Below the pieces are notes generated by a model. The model was not told the DNA's origin. It saw only the letters and a list, made by a program, of their open reading frames with translations, and searched no databases. Below are positions 1 through 12,452 of a DNA stretch of 52,065 bases, piece by piece (position 1 is the first letter of the stretch; every line of letters begins with the position of its first letter). The position numbers and the translations under genes were made by a program. Source of the stretch: Vermamoeba vermiformis (Eukaryota); NCBI GenBank assembly GCA_045837725.1, contig JBEWZL010000306.1, positions 310,001 to 362,065 on the forward strand, read 5' to 3'.

Positions 1-3000
1 ACCTCAACTTCCAATCGCCAAAGCTTGACCCAGAGTTGTTCGGTCCATTGCCAGATGGTTCTCTCTTTGCACTGGACCCGTCCAAATTGCCTCTTGACAT
101 TAACGAGATTCGCCAATCCTACAGTCGAATCACCGTTGAAGGCAAGTTCGGTGTCCGCTTCCCATTGGTCCAGAACATCCCGCAGAAGGTCATCAGCCTC
201 TTGCTTGGCCAAGATATTCGTCTGGTAGAATTTGTCATTCCTCCCATGACTATTGCTGCTGGAGTTAATTGGCCTATTCCCGTGTGGCCCGTACCACTTG
301 TCACGCTCAACATTGGAATCAGCGCTTCAATTCGTCTAGACATTAATCGCGTCATATTCACATCGAAGGGAATAAGACACTTGATCGAGACTGGCTCGCC
401 TGGCTCACTCATTAGCTCACTAGCAATTCCAACAGTTCGAGATGATGGCTCACCCCTCTGGCAACTTCAAGGCTCTGTCAGACTCACAGGTGGCGTGACA
501 GTTAGCATCTTTGTAGTCAAAGGCTCTGCTTATGTCTTCCTTCAATTCGACGCAATGGCGCGCATTCCAGACCTTCACAGAGGATTTGTTGCATTTGACG
601 AACTCGCATCTGCCTTCAAACTCGGTGGTTTAGGCGTGCTCCAGCGACGCCTGCAGTTGGCTGCCGGCTTTGGCTTGAGACTTCAAGCATGCATCCCACT
701 CGTCTTCAAGACCGTTTGCCGTAACATCGTTAGAATCGAGCGTAGTGCAATTATTTGGGCAGCGGAATCTTCCGAATCACGTATCAACCCGCGCTTCACG
801 GACAACGCTGGATCTCTCAATTTGGACGCAATTGAACCGAACTCTAAGGTTGTGGTGTATGACAATCTCCTTGAAAGCACGCGCAGAACGACTCTCATTC
901 CTGCTGATAACACGTCAAGATCTGTTGACACCAGCGCAGCCAATCCTGTCATGTACAGTGGCAGTCCAAGAGCGCTCGAAATGGAAGTTCGATACGTTAG
1001 GCAACTCGTGCACTTGCCTCAAAACGCCTTTTTGAGATTTGTTCAATCAGCCAACAACGATGCCCGACGATTTATCGTTCGTCCAAACGGCATTTCTTCT
1101 GACAGTAGCAGCATGGGTGTTGCCATCAACGAAGGCTGTTCTAAGCTACTTATGGAATCCCCCAAGGCCTTTTCGACCGTGTCGTTCTCTGGTCTCCCGT
1201 GCAGCACACAAGTCAAGTCGTTGTCAACAGTCAATGTTGCACTTGATGGAGACGTCAGTCAATACCAATCAAGATCGCTCGTTATTGAAGACGGAGCCAG
1301 AGATATTACGTCTAGAATTCAAGACACTGTGTATGAATTCTCAGCTTCAAGCATCAAGACAGTTAATGGCTTGGATTTGACATTTGCAACCGACGGATCG
1401 GTGCCTTCTATCACAGCGTTCGGTCACTTCACAATGAACTCTACTTTCTTCATCAAAGATTCGCCTCCAAATAGATCCCTGACGGTTGTCGGTGGCTCAG
1501 GCAACAATATTTTTGACATTCCAGACGTATCAACCCTGCGCGGATTAGTCACGCTTCGTGGCGGAACTTCACACGTCAATTACTTGGACCTCGATATCTT
1601 AGCCTCGACTGCTGGCCTCAACGTTGTTACTGGCCCTTCGTCGTTAGTCTATCAACAAGAAAACACCATCTTATGGGAGAATATCAAGAGTCGCAAGTTC
1701 AACATCGATGCCAAGGCTGGAACTTCAACGAGTTTCACGTTGTTGCGAACGGAGGACCATTCAACTGTAGAGGTCGTTGCCAAGGCTGAAGCAGGCAGTG
1801 ACGTTTCTCAATACATTACTGGCTGCAGTGGCTCATCTGAGCTCCGCGTTCAACTCGAAAATGATGGCAATCACGTTGTTTACATTGGCAATAGCGACGA
1901 GATTAGCGACTTCGCTTGCACTTTGCGAATCACAGGAGGCAACGGACCGACTCAAGTTGACACTGTTGTCATTCAAGCCTCTGATGACAAGCGCCACTTG
2001 CAATGGACGGTCAATAGAGAGCGACTCGTAGTGTTCGACGCCACCTCTTCAACGCGAAACTACTTCATCATGTTCTTCTCATCAATTGAACGCGTTGTGA
2101 TTAACGCGAACAATAGAACTTCAGCGATCAACTTTGTTGAAGGCACGTCAGGCACGGAGTTTGTTCTTAATTTCCCCGAATCAGTTGAAGAGACTGCCAA
2201 GACCTGGATCTGCACCACAACAGACGCTATCTTCATCAAGGGCTCTACAAATCTTTGGATCGGTCCGAACACCGAGACCTGTGGCATTGTTTACACGCCA
2301 GATACTCGTTGGGACACTGCTCTGTCTCACATTGACGGATTACTGGCCATCGACGCTACGACTGGCCCTGTGAATGTCTTTTTATCGCACCAAGGTTCCA
2401 GCACTGTACCACAGCGCTATTCAATGACTGACAGTTGCTTGACGGAGTTGAATGGCAACTTTAACGCGACTGAAATCGCCAAGCCATCTTCTTGGATCTG
2501 CGATCAACTAACCAGTTTTGGCTCCACATGTCCAACTTGTCAAGTTTCGTACGTGGGTGATGTTACATTTTCGATCACGACTGGCCCTGCAGACGATTAC
2601 TTCATCGGAACAAATCTGCGACACCCGTTAACACTTGACACTTCGCAAGGCAACGATACTGTCCAGATTCTGTCAACATCACGTGGTTTGAATATCAGTG
2701 CTGGTCCCGGCAGCGACTTGCTCTCATTGACGTATCCGTTATCCATCGCTGGTGTAGACCTTGGCGCTGACACCGACGAAGACTACGTCAACATTCTCAC
2801 GCAAGGCATGAACCCAATGCCGCAAGTCTTAGGCAGCACTGTGGGTCCAACTAACGCAATGAACAATGATTCAATCACGTTCTCGAATTGGAAAGTCAAA
2901 GACACCGTTCATGCTCGCTTTGGCACTCTTGTCAATCCCTTCATGAAACGAGCATCCGTAAGTTCTTAATCATAACCCTTTTAGCCATAATAACGTGCTT

Positions 3001-5681
3001 TGTAGACTGGTCCTACGTCAATCATCGATCTGCAAAACAGCGGTGGCGAGTTCAAGCTCGACATGGTCAGCAATGCTGTGTACCTGCTTGTTGGCTGCAG
3101 TTCACCGAGTACAGTGACATTGATCGCCAACAACACCGCTGTGAGTGCTACATCTTGGACCATTAATGTCACCTTGCCAGCGATTGATGAGACACGATAC
3201 CTCAACGTACTTTCCGAGAAAGGCAATGATGGTGTTGTGAATGTGCTGCTGCCGACGTACATTGACTCGTCATCCAACAACCTCTTCACCGGCTACTCTG
3301 TGTCCATGCACTCGAATGGCTCGTTCAATGCCTATGGACTGAAGTCGTTCCTGCTCAATGTCGACCACATCGCGTTGACCTCACGAGAGCTCATCTTCGC
3401 AACGATCACGGGAGCTCCATCCAACGCTGAAATGGTTGCCAATGCTTTGATTGGTTCATCACTGGACGTGCAACAATTGACCTCACCGTTGCTAGCTGTC
3501 AATCTTCAAGCTAAGTTGTCACCGTCAGTATTACTGGGCCCCATGACCTACGTAGCCTACGGACCTGGCTCATTCACGCACTTGAACTGCACATTTGTTG
3601 AGCAAGTTTCATTTGACGGATGTCTACTGCTCAAAACTACGACAAGCAGGACAACCTCGGGGTGGTTTAAGGCTCAACTTGACATTTTTAACATTCCTCA
3701 CTCGAATGCTGAACACGTCTTTTGCGCATTCGATACAGAACAAGTGACAATCAGCAGTCAAACTGTCAACGCAATTATTCCATCGTTCGAGCCGCCAGCA
3801 CGAGTCCTGACAATTGACAGCGGAAACCTCAATCTCCACGATTCTATTCAATGGACTAATGCGTCAATTGTAGCGACCCACCTTCGCGTCGAACCTCGCT
3901 ACAGAGTTGAATTAGATGATCAATTCAAAGCTGCTGCTGACATTCATTTTGCCCAAGGCGCTGTGATGTCAGTCACATGCAACAAAACGCACGAAGAATA
4001 TGCTCAATGGACTGTTGGCACAAATCAGCCTTCATTCGATTGGCTCGGTCCTTCGTGCTTCGGATCTATTGGGACGTTCGAAATACCCAACTTGAACTTC
4101 ACTGGCACTGGTATGACAATCGCCAACATGAACTTATCTGCATTGCGGGAAGTCGCGAACAACAGCCTGGTGACCATCACGGACAGAATATTCACGCTTG
4201 ACAACGAGACACGTGTCAAATTCAATGAAGATGCGCTGAACATGTCGTGGAGTGTTCACATGTCAACTTTGAACCATTCCATTATGTTAGTTGACTCAGC
4301 GCCGTGGTGTCAATTGGTGGTCTCGGGAACTGCTTCAACTCTCGTCACGTCTGTCGCACAACATCACGTGGTCTTCCCTGGTCGAGATCTCGTCTATCAT
4401 TGGGAGACTAAGCTCTTGGAACCATTTGACCTATCAAATGACAGCACGTGTCTCAGACCTAACGAGATGTGTTCACCGAACTTTTGGATCGACATTCAAG
4501 CTCACGGAACGTACTTGTGCGAGCCCAAGTGTTCGTCATTTGATCTCACAATCAACACAACTCTCGCTGTTGAGTGCTATGTGCCGTTGTTTTCAGAAGG
4601 CTGGTCAGTTCTCATTGCTGCCCGTGAGTACGTGCCTGCTGGTCCCAACATCCCGATCATCTTATTTGCCATCTTGTACTTCTCCCTCATTGCACTGACA
4701 GCTCTGTCTAACGCATTCGACGGCCTCATGTTGTTCGGAGGCTGGGCCGAGTGCGTGATCACAGGCGCATTGTTCACGGTGAACAGCATCGAGAACTATT
4801 GGAACTTGGACATCCGTTCTTTGATCGTATCTGCAAACGAGATTATTGATGGAATGTTCGAGAGCTGGTTATGCGACGATAATATGGCTTTTGAAGTACC
4901 TGCATGGGCTCTCCTCGCATGTGCTGCAGTTGTGCTCCTCGTCTCATTGCTGCAACTGCTCCACGACGCAGGCAACAACATTTACGTCAGAATTGCCAAG
5001 TCCTTGTCCACGGCATCGCTGTTAGTGTTCTTGCCGTACTTCATTACACGTGTTGGCATGCCTTCATGGCCTGAGATGTTCCCGATTGGAGTGATCGCTG
5101 GTCGTTTCATCTTCGACGCGTTCTATCCTGCCGTGCCTTGGAGTCGTACAATGATCTTGAAGAACTTTGAGAACAGTCCTGCAGGTGACGAGTTCACGCT
5201 CCGAGAACGCCTTATGAACGGCGCTGTCAACCTCGCTTTGCCTGTCATTTGTGTCGTGGCCTCAACCTTGACACGTGAAGACGTTACAATCGAGCCTATG
5301 ACAGCCACGTGGATATTATTTGCAATGGTTTTAGTGGCCTGTGGCGCGTCAGTGTTGCGTGTCATTCTCTTTACATCATCAGCACCGCGATTGATGCACC
5401 AACAGCTCGCATTACCCGCGCAAATCATCGCCTTTGTGATGATTGGTCTCAGCACTGGTGCAGGCCTCACGCTCGTGGCACTATTGCACTACTTGCCAAC
5501 ACTGCCCGCAACTGCTTTTGTCACTTTATGGTGCGGCTGGGTAGTACTATTGGCGCTTGTGCCTGTTTTATTCGTCTGGCGAAAGATTGAAAAACCACAA
5601 CCGAAAAGTCAGCGGAACTCGGAGTACGTTCTATTGGACGAATTTGACAATAGCGTGGTAACGTTCCATAACAAATTGTAA
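1..5681 (+). CDS. Giant (>1,850 aa, 5'-truncated) extracellular beta-rich protein with C-terminal multi-pass membrane domain; exons <1-2957 and 3006-5681
   Basis: The frame is open from the window edge. ORFs 36..2969 and 3063..5681 are joined in frame by a 48-nt phase-0 intron (GTAAGT at 2958 ... TGTAG at 3005). About 9 hydrophobic segments lie in the last ~350 aa. GxGxD/GNDT-like turns occur in the ectodomain. Confidence 0.85.
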
Positions 5682-5769
5682 CTGTAATTAAAGTACATGA
5701 ATAATGGATTTTTTTGGGTTGCCCAAGGGGGGTGACACCCCCCCCCCCCTAAATGATATGGTTACCAAA

Positions 5770-7898
5770 TTATTTATCTCGTTTCAACTGCTCCCACACG
5801 TCCAAGTTTCGAACGAGAGGTGTCAAAACATCTGAAAACGACGTCGACAAATTGTCGTCACAAATCACCACTGTTCGTGGGCCAATCACATTCGCAAGAT
5901 CGCTGAATGCTCGTCCATTTGATATCACCACCGTGAACTGATCGTTCGACGGCAGCGCTGGGTGCGTTGTTTGCTGGATATCGTGCGCATCGAGGGTCAT
6001 GTTGTCTTGAGGCTTTCTCACCACACGAAGCCACAACCAGCACGCACGATGGTCATCAGATCGATGACACTTTATTACTGATGTGTTCTCGTGGCCGTCA
6101 GGGAGCATGATTTGCTCAGCCCAGTCCTCTAATTTATTCAGCCACTCGTCCATTTGTTCGTTCGAGTTCAGTGGTTTCCTGCCACCAAAGCATTTAGTAG
6201 GTCTGATCATGAACGTGCTCTTCATCTCTTCGCTTGCAAATGCATCGCCGAATAAATCGATGAAACTGATGTGAGTCTTCAGTTTGACAGCCATGCAATT
6301 CGCTACGTTGAACCTGAGATGTTGATGTTCGCTGCACAATTTCTCGAACCATTGAGGACCTCGTTCATGGAAGTGATGGAATATGTCCGACGCATGATTC
6401 GGTAAATCTTCCAACAAAAGAATCAGTAGCTCTTCTTATTGTACAAACAAAGTAACTTACCAGTGGGGTATGTTTGATAAAGTGATTTTTCAAGTGCTAT
6501 GAGAGGCGTGCTGAGTATTTGGCACTTTCCAAATGGTTCATGAAGTCGATGACGGAATATTTGCAGGTTGATTACGCTCTTGACTGTTCGGCCAAAAAAA
6601 CGAACTTTCATGTCGACAGGATAACCAGACAGTGCGGCTAACATAAATATATCGGGACATCCCCCAACAGGCCATTTATACGTTATCGGTGCCATAAGAA
6701 GTCCTTTAGATGTCTCTGGCGTTGTGAATGCAACACTCTTCATCTCAGCAAGGCCAGGATTGCCATCTAACAAGAACATGAATTGCGTTGAGTCCCTAGC
6801 AAGTGGTCGTAATTGTCGGAACAGTCGGTACTCGTCTTGCTTGATGATGTCGATTAGTGTCTGTGTGCTCATTGGCTTCATCTCCACGTGATTCACTTTG
6901 TAAGCTGATGCTTTCAGATAGGTCTGAAGTAGTGACGGTCCTTTTGCTGTGATGACCATAGGAATTAGTGTCACTGTTGAGTATCTCTGTTGCATTGGCG
7001 CCAACAGCTTCATATACTCTTTCAGAAGATGCTTATTGGTTGAAATAGGCGAGGTATAGCATGCCAATTCATCAGCGTCATCCAACACTATATGAATGAC
7101 TTTTGGTGGATTTGGCTCGGCACAAATTTGGTCAAATATCATTTCTAATGAAGGAATGTCTGACTGTTGCTCCTTGAACAATTCGGCCACTCCAATTAGG
7201 TTAAAGGATGGAAACCAATAAGTGCAGATCAGGTGCAAAGATAATCTTGCTTCAACGGACCAATTCTCATACCCTGATCTGCTGGGAGCTGCATGTCCAT
7301 AAGTCAGATTGACGTATATAATTCGAGCTGAATTGAAACACTCTGCCTTTCCGTCTTTTAATTTGGCCGCAAATTTTTGCAAGATCGGGATCAACTCGAA
7401 CGCAAATCGTGTTCTTCCGGAGCCTAGCGGACCGTACAAATGCCACCATGTAAATTCCTTATTTTCTTTCTCCATATTATGAAGGCAGTAGCTAAAAAAT
7501 AACTTTAGCGTGTCTTTCACATCTTGCTCCACATAATCCAGATTTAGAAACCGAGGGCGTGAACATTCGGGTATTAACAGAGTTTTCAGTAAACTCTCTC
7601 GAATTTCACAATAGTCAGATTCTTCTAAATGGTAATTAGTTGCAAAAAGAGATTGCAAACCAGAAGGTGGTTTCGGTTTAGGCCTTGTTTCTGAGTCTAT
7701 AAACCGCAGTTGGTTATTATGTATACGATATCCTATTATATTACCTGAAATTATTCTTTCTAAACTTTGGGAAGGCTTTGTGAAGATCTGAATGCGAGAT
7801 GAGCAATTCCGACCGAGCCTTTGTACCCAATTCTGTGGTCTTCCAATCTCGAATATTTTGCTCTTTCGAAAGAAGTTCGTATGGATAGCTCTCAACAT
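5770..7898 (-). CDS. P-loop NTPase with C-terminal domain, Crinkler/RHS-type NTPase-REase-like architecture (degenerate)
   Basis: Walker A-like GPLGSGRT and Walker B-like IHIVLDDADE. A 53-nt intron at 6408-6460 (GTAAGT...AAG) joins ORF 6423..8009 to ORF 5770..6417 in frame (T-G|AT = D). First ATG is at 7898. Confidence 0.7.
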
Positions 7899-8199
7899 GA
7901 AAAATTGTGATTGTGCTTGTGCCACTGGTGCGCGGAGAAAAATAGTAAATTTGACGATTTCTTTTCCGGCCAACCCTTTTGCAGCCAAACAGCGCAAACC
8001 CTTTGGCACAGCGTATTCCTATCGCCAGAAAGGAATTAAACTAACTTTTTCGATATTGAATTCGCTTACTTCGAAAATCATGCTCGCAGTTCAGCCAACT
8101 CCCGTTAGCACGATCGCTTGATAGGCTGATGACAAGAACACTCCAAAGAAATCAATGAAAAGACGCCAGCTAATTGTAAATTATGTATTTTACAATAAT

Positions 8200-11100
8200 T
8201 CACTGATGTAATAATTTCGGCCTGGGTACGATTAGAGCAAACAGAGCCATATCATCAATGTTAAATTCTATAGCCTCCTCTCGCGTCATAGGCAATACGT
8301 AAATTCGATATATGTCTTCTTCTCCCAAACATATTCCTGCCTTAAAATGGAAGGTTAGTCAGATCTACGCAATACTCGATCGAACTTACTTTTTCAATAT
8401 TTTTTAAGTAACGGTGAATAGAGGCATATTTAAAAGTCTCCCCCTTGGACGCAGGTTGCAAATATAATAGAGATGGCTTAATTGTATTATCAGTCGGGAA
8501 GAAGTTGGTAAGGTTTGTCAGATTTGTTCGTTCTTTCAGATCAAGCATTGGCGACCTAAAATTAGCATTACCGATATGCACTTACCATTGATATATAAGG
8601 ATTATAATTAACGGAAATTAAAGGTCAATTAATCTAGATTCGCAGATCGACGTACAGTTTCCTCCATAGATCTGAGCCACCCAAGAAATAGGCAACCATG
8701 TCGCAAACAATAGTACCACGTTTAGCCAAGTATCCGTGCCACACTTGAGGTTTGTCAATTCTCTTAGGTGAGCGAGGTGGTGAGATCGGTGACGATGGTG
8801 GTTGAGGAATGACTGGATTATCCTCCAACATATTCTTAATAAAACCCAATGCGACTGACTTAGGAACGCTTGAGACTGGAGGCGGCAAGCCAGGAGGAGC
8901 CAAGGGATTAGACGTTGGCGGGAGTTGATTTGTGTTCGACACCAACGCTGTTTGCGGTGCCGGGACACTTGTTACGGGACTTGGCTTCTCGTTAGCAGGA
9001 ACACCCAACAAACTCGCAGCTGTTGACTGCGCTGTAGCTTGCACAGGCTGCACATTCGTAGGCTGTTGAACAGATTGACTTGTTGACGGGGTCTGCACCA
9101 CGGCTGATGTTGTACTCGGTTGCGTTGATGCAGTGCTGCTCGTTTGAGGAACCGAAGCAGTTGACGCAGTAACTGTGGGTGCCACTGCTTGTTGTTGAGC
9201 CACTACATTTGTATTGTTGCGAACTGGCTCAGGCTTAACAGGCACAAACACCACTGGTTTAGGGGCAGTAGGTGTAGCTGTTGCTTTGCCCGCCATTGGA
9301 GCCTTTGGAGCCCCACTAGGCGTCGTATTAGCCGACGTTGTTGCCTTGCTAGCTGGCGCCGCTCCATTTGTTTGACCACTCAAGACGTTGCCACCCGAAC
9401 TCGTTACCGAACCACCACCCTGCACACTTGGAGAACTGGACGAACCTGTTGCGCTAACCACTGGGCCACTCACCGCTGTAGTCGTGCCAATTGCCGTAGA
9501 CCCATTCTTAGCACCACCAGAGCCACTGGGAGGGCTAGTCACAGGACCGGAGTTAGCTGCCGCGGAACCATTTGTCGAACTAGTCACACTCGGCGCAGAG
9601 CCACCGCGCGAGTCTACTTCCATGCGAACACCTGTATCACTTGAACTCACTGCTGTACCGTTCGTAGGCTGAGAACCGCTTGACGTCGAAGCTTTTGTTG
9701 AATTGTTGGATTGCGAGGTAGTTGTTTTAGTTGTGTTAGACGAAGTTGTTTTTGTAGTCGTTGGACTATTGGCACCCGGTGCAGTTGACTTTGTTGCGCT
9801 TGCGGAATTTGTTTTTGGAACTTCGCTAGGCTTCGAAGAACTAGCTGTATTTGTGCTGGAACTCGTCGTGCTTGGTGTGCTCGTCGTTGTTGAATCAACA
9901 GGACCATTGGCAGTCACAGTGATTGTAACATTTGTATTTGAGGACTTGCCAGCAGACTTGCGCAAACTGTCGCTTTTGGAGGACTCTGAGGAGTTGGTCG
10001 ACTTATTCTTATCGCTCGTAGTTGAAGTTTTTGTCGGTGTTGAATCGGCGCTCGTCTTTTGCCTCTTCTCGGGACGGTCTGAAATATTGTCGGGCGACGA
10101 CCTCTTTTGACCGCGAGATTCTTCGGCACGATCTTTTCTGCCTGCTTCAACTGCCCTGCGCGCTTGAACCAAAAGATCTTCTTCGGACAACTGACTAGGA
10201 TCACGAGGCGGTGTTCTGCTGCGCCTCGAAGGTGACCTGCTACGAGGCTCACTTCGATGAGAGTCACGTGGCGGAGTACTGCCTCGAGGCTCAGATCGCT
10301 GCGGTGGAGAACTGCCTCGCGGCTCATTCCTGTGACTATCACGCGAATAATTTCGATCTCTCTCATTATTGTAAAATCTCGATAAATTTCGATCAATAAG
10401 ACGTTCTCTATCATAATAATAATCTTCATCTCGGCCGTGACGATGTTCTTCATGACGCTCATTCGCTTCATCGGTAGGATAAAAGCGTCCTCGATTGTTG
10501 TTATCTTCTACAGGGAAAAATCTACTCACATCGGGCAACGCTGTATTACTTACTAATGCATTCAAATTGTTGGCTGTATTGAATAATCCTGCTTGCGAAA
10601 TTGTATCTTGTAGCTGCGCTAGGAAAGTAGGATCAAGTGTTGGCAATGCTCCGTTGACTCCATCGGGCATAACTCCGGCAAGTTGAGACTGATCCAACGG
10701 CACACCAGATGAGCCCAACAAGCTTTGAACTACTTGTTGAAGCAACTGTGGATCAACTTGGTCTTGTTGTTGTAAGTTCATATTCATATCCACCTCTTGT
10801 GGTGGCGGGTCGTACGGAGGATCGTTGTTAGGAATAGTTATTGTGAAACGCAAGTTGGGATCCAATCCTTCTTCCGTACGGTAATTATATTCGTCGTCGG
10901 ATTCGCCTTCTTCTCTTTTTTCTCGTCTACTCTTTGGTTTGCCACGGTCAGGCTCCTAAAATAATCCGGATTAGTTCCGGATTTCAAAAAAATAATCGAA
11001 AATATTTTAAAATTTGCAGAAAGGCCGTCTGACACAGATATAACTTAAACAATTATATAATAAAGTCGAGAAAAATATTTGTAATTGTGTGTTGTTATTC

Positions 11101-12237
11101 CGAGAACAAATATCCACAGATGCAGTTGCTTCGTACATTAATTTGAGGCTTCCCTCGGCCACGAGGAGCACCGCCAGGTGGACTTCCTCGTTTGCCTCGG
11201 GAATTACCCCGCCCAACTGGTTTTGTTCGTTTCATCAGAAGTAAATTAGGAATCAAATATCCCAGATCAATTTAGATATGTCGGTCCACGTCACCAATGT
11301 GACACTCTATTATAATTCTTATATTAACTTACCACTCCGTAGTCTATTTTAACATGCTGGCCCCGCAGCTCCATATTCTTAGATTGCTTGTAGGCCAGCC
11401 TCGCATCCTCGATTTTGCCGTAAAAGATAGTCGCTGAATTTGTTTTGCGAAATATTCTCGCGCTAACAAATGAACTACCAAACCGTTGAAATCTTTCCTT
11501 GAGTTCTTGCTCTGTAACTCCGGGCGGAAGCGATCCGATCCACAACATCCGCGTGGGAACACCCTTCAAAGTTGACATTATTCAAAATTGATAAACATTA
11601 TCGTGACTAAGCATGAGCTTACCTCAGTATATTTAACGGACACTTTGCTGCCCAGCATCTCGGCTCCGTTTAGTGCTTCCAAAGCCTTGACAGCTGAGCT
11701 TATCTTTCGATAATTTACGAACGCTTTTCGATAAATTAGTATATGTTGAAGTATCATAATAACTTCATAACAAGAGACCTTCGAAAACAAATTTTTGAAG
11801 ATCACGATCTACTGTCATACCGTAGTTTTCTTTAACATTGATGCTCTCTAAAGGACCAAATCGTTCAAAATATTGAGCGATGTCTTTTGCAGCGACCTTG
11901 CTTTGGAACGCACCTAGCATTTGACATGTCAGATGTGGCATTTCAATATGAAGAACGACACTCCGCAATATTAAGACCAAAATATGTATTTATTATTGTG
12001 TTGAATATTCATTATTATTATTATTATTATAAATTCTGAGCACATTGTTAATTGTTTTGTACTCTGCAGATCTCGATAGCATCAAACTTACCAACCCAAA
12101 GATGCCTTGAATGCGCTCCGCGATCCTATATTTTACATAATTCATCGATATTTTTTCTCGTCGACCAAACATAAAATGAAGGATCCTCAGATCCGGATTA
12201 ATTAATAGAAACTTACCTTCGGTACCTTGTTTGACAT
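8200..12237 (-). CDS. RRM + SPOC domain RNA-binding protein (Spen/FPA/RBM15-like), multi-exon
   Basis: ATG at 12237. RRM1 SRHLWVG...AFVNY and RRM2 PTRMLWIG...VKIDY. Long RS/ST/P low-complexity linker (8634-10955). SPOC-like WHGYLAKRG...RIYVLP...LFALIVP, stop at 8200. The checked splice junctions are in frame. Confidence 0.8.
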
Positions 12238-12452
12238 AGCTAATAAAAAATAATAGAATAGAATATATATTACAGTGAGCGCATTAGCCCTGCTAACCAG
12301 TTCAGCAATAAATAAAACAAATTTTGATCAAATGTTGTGCGCTTTATTTTCGTTTCGACGCTCACCCCAAATGCCACAATAAGCACTTCTATAAATCTTG
12401 TACATATTTGTATATTCCATTATTTACGGAACCTCCATAAGCCAAACTGACA

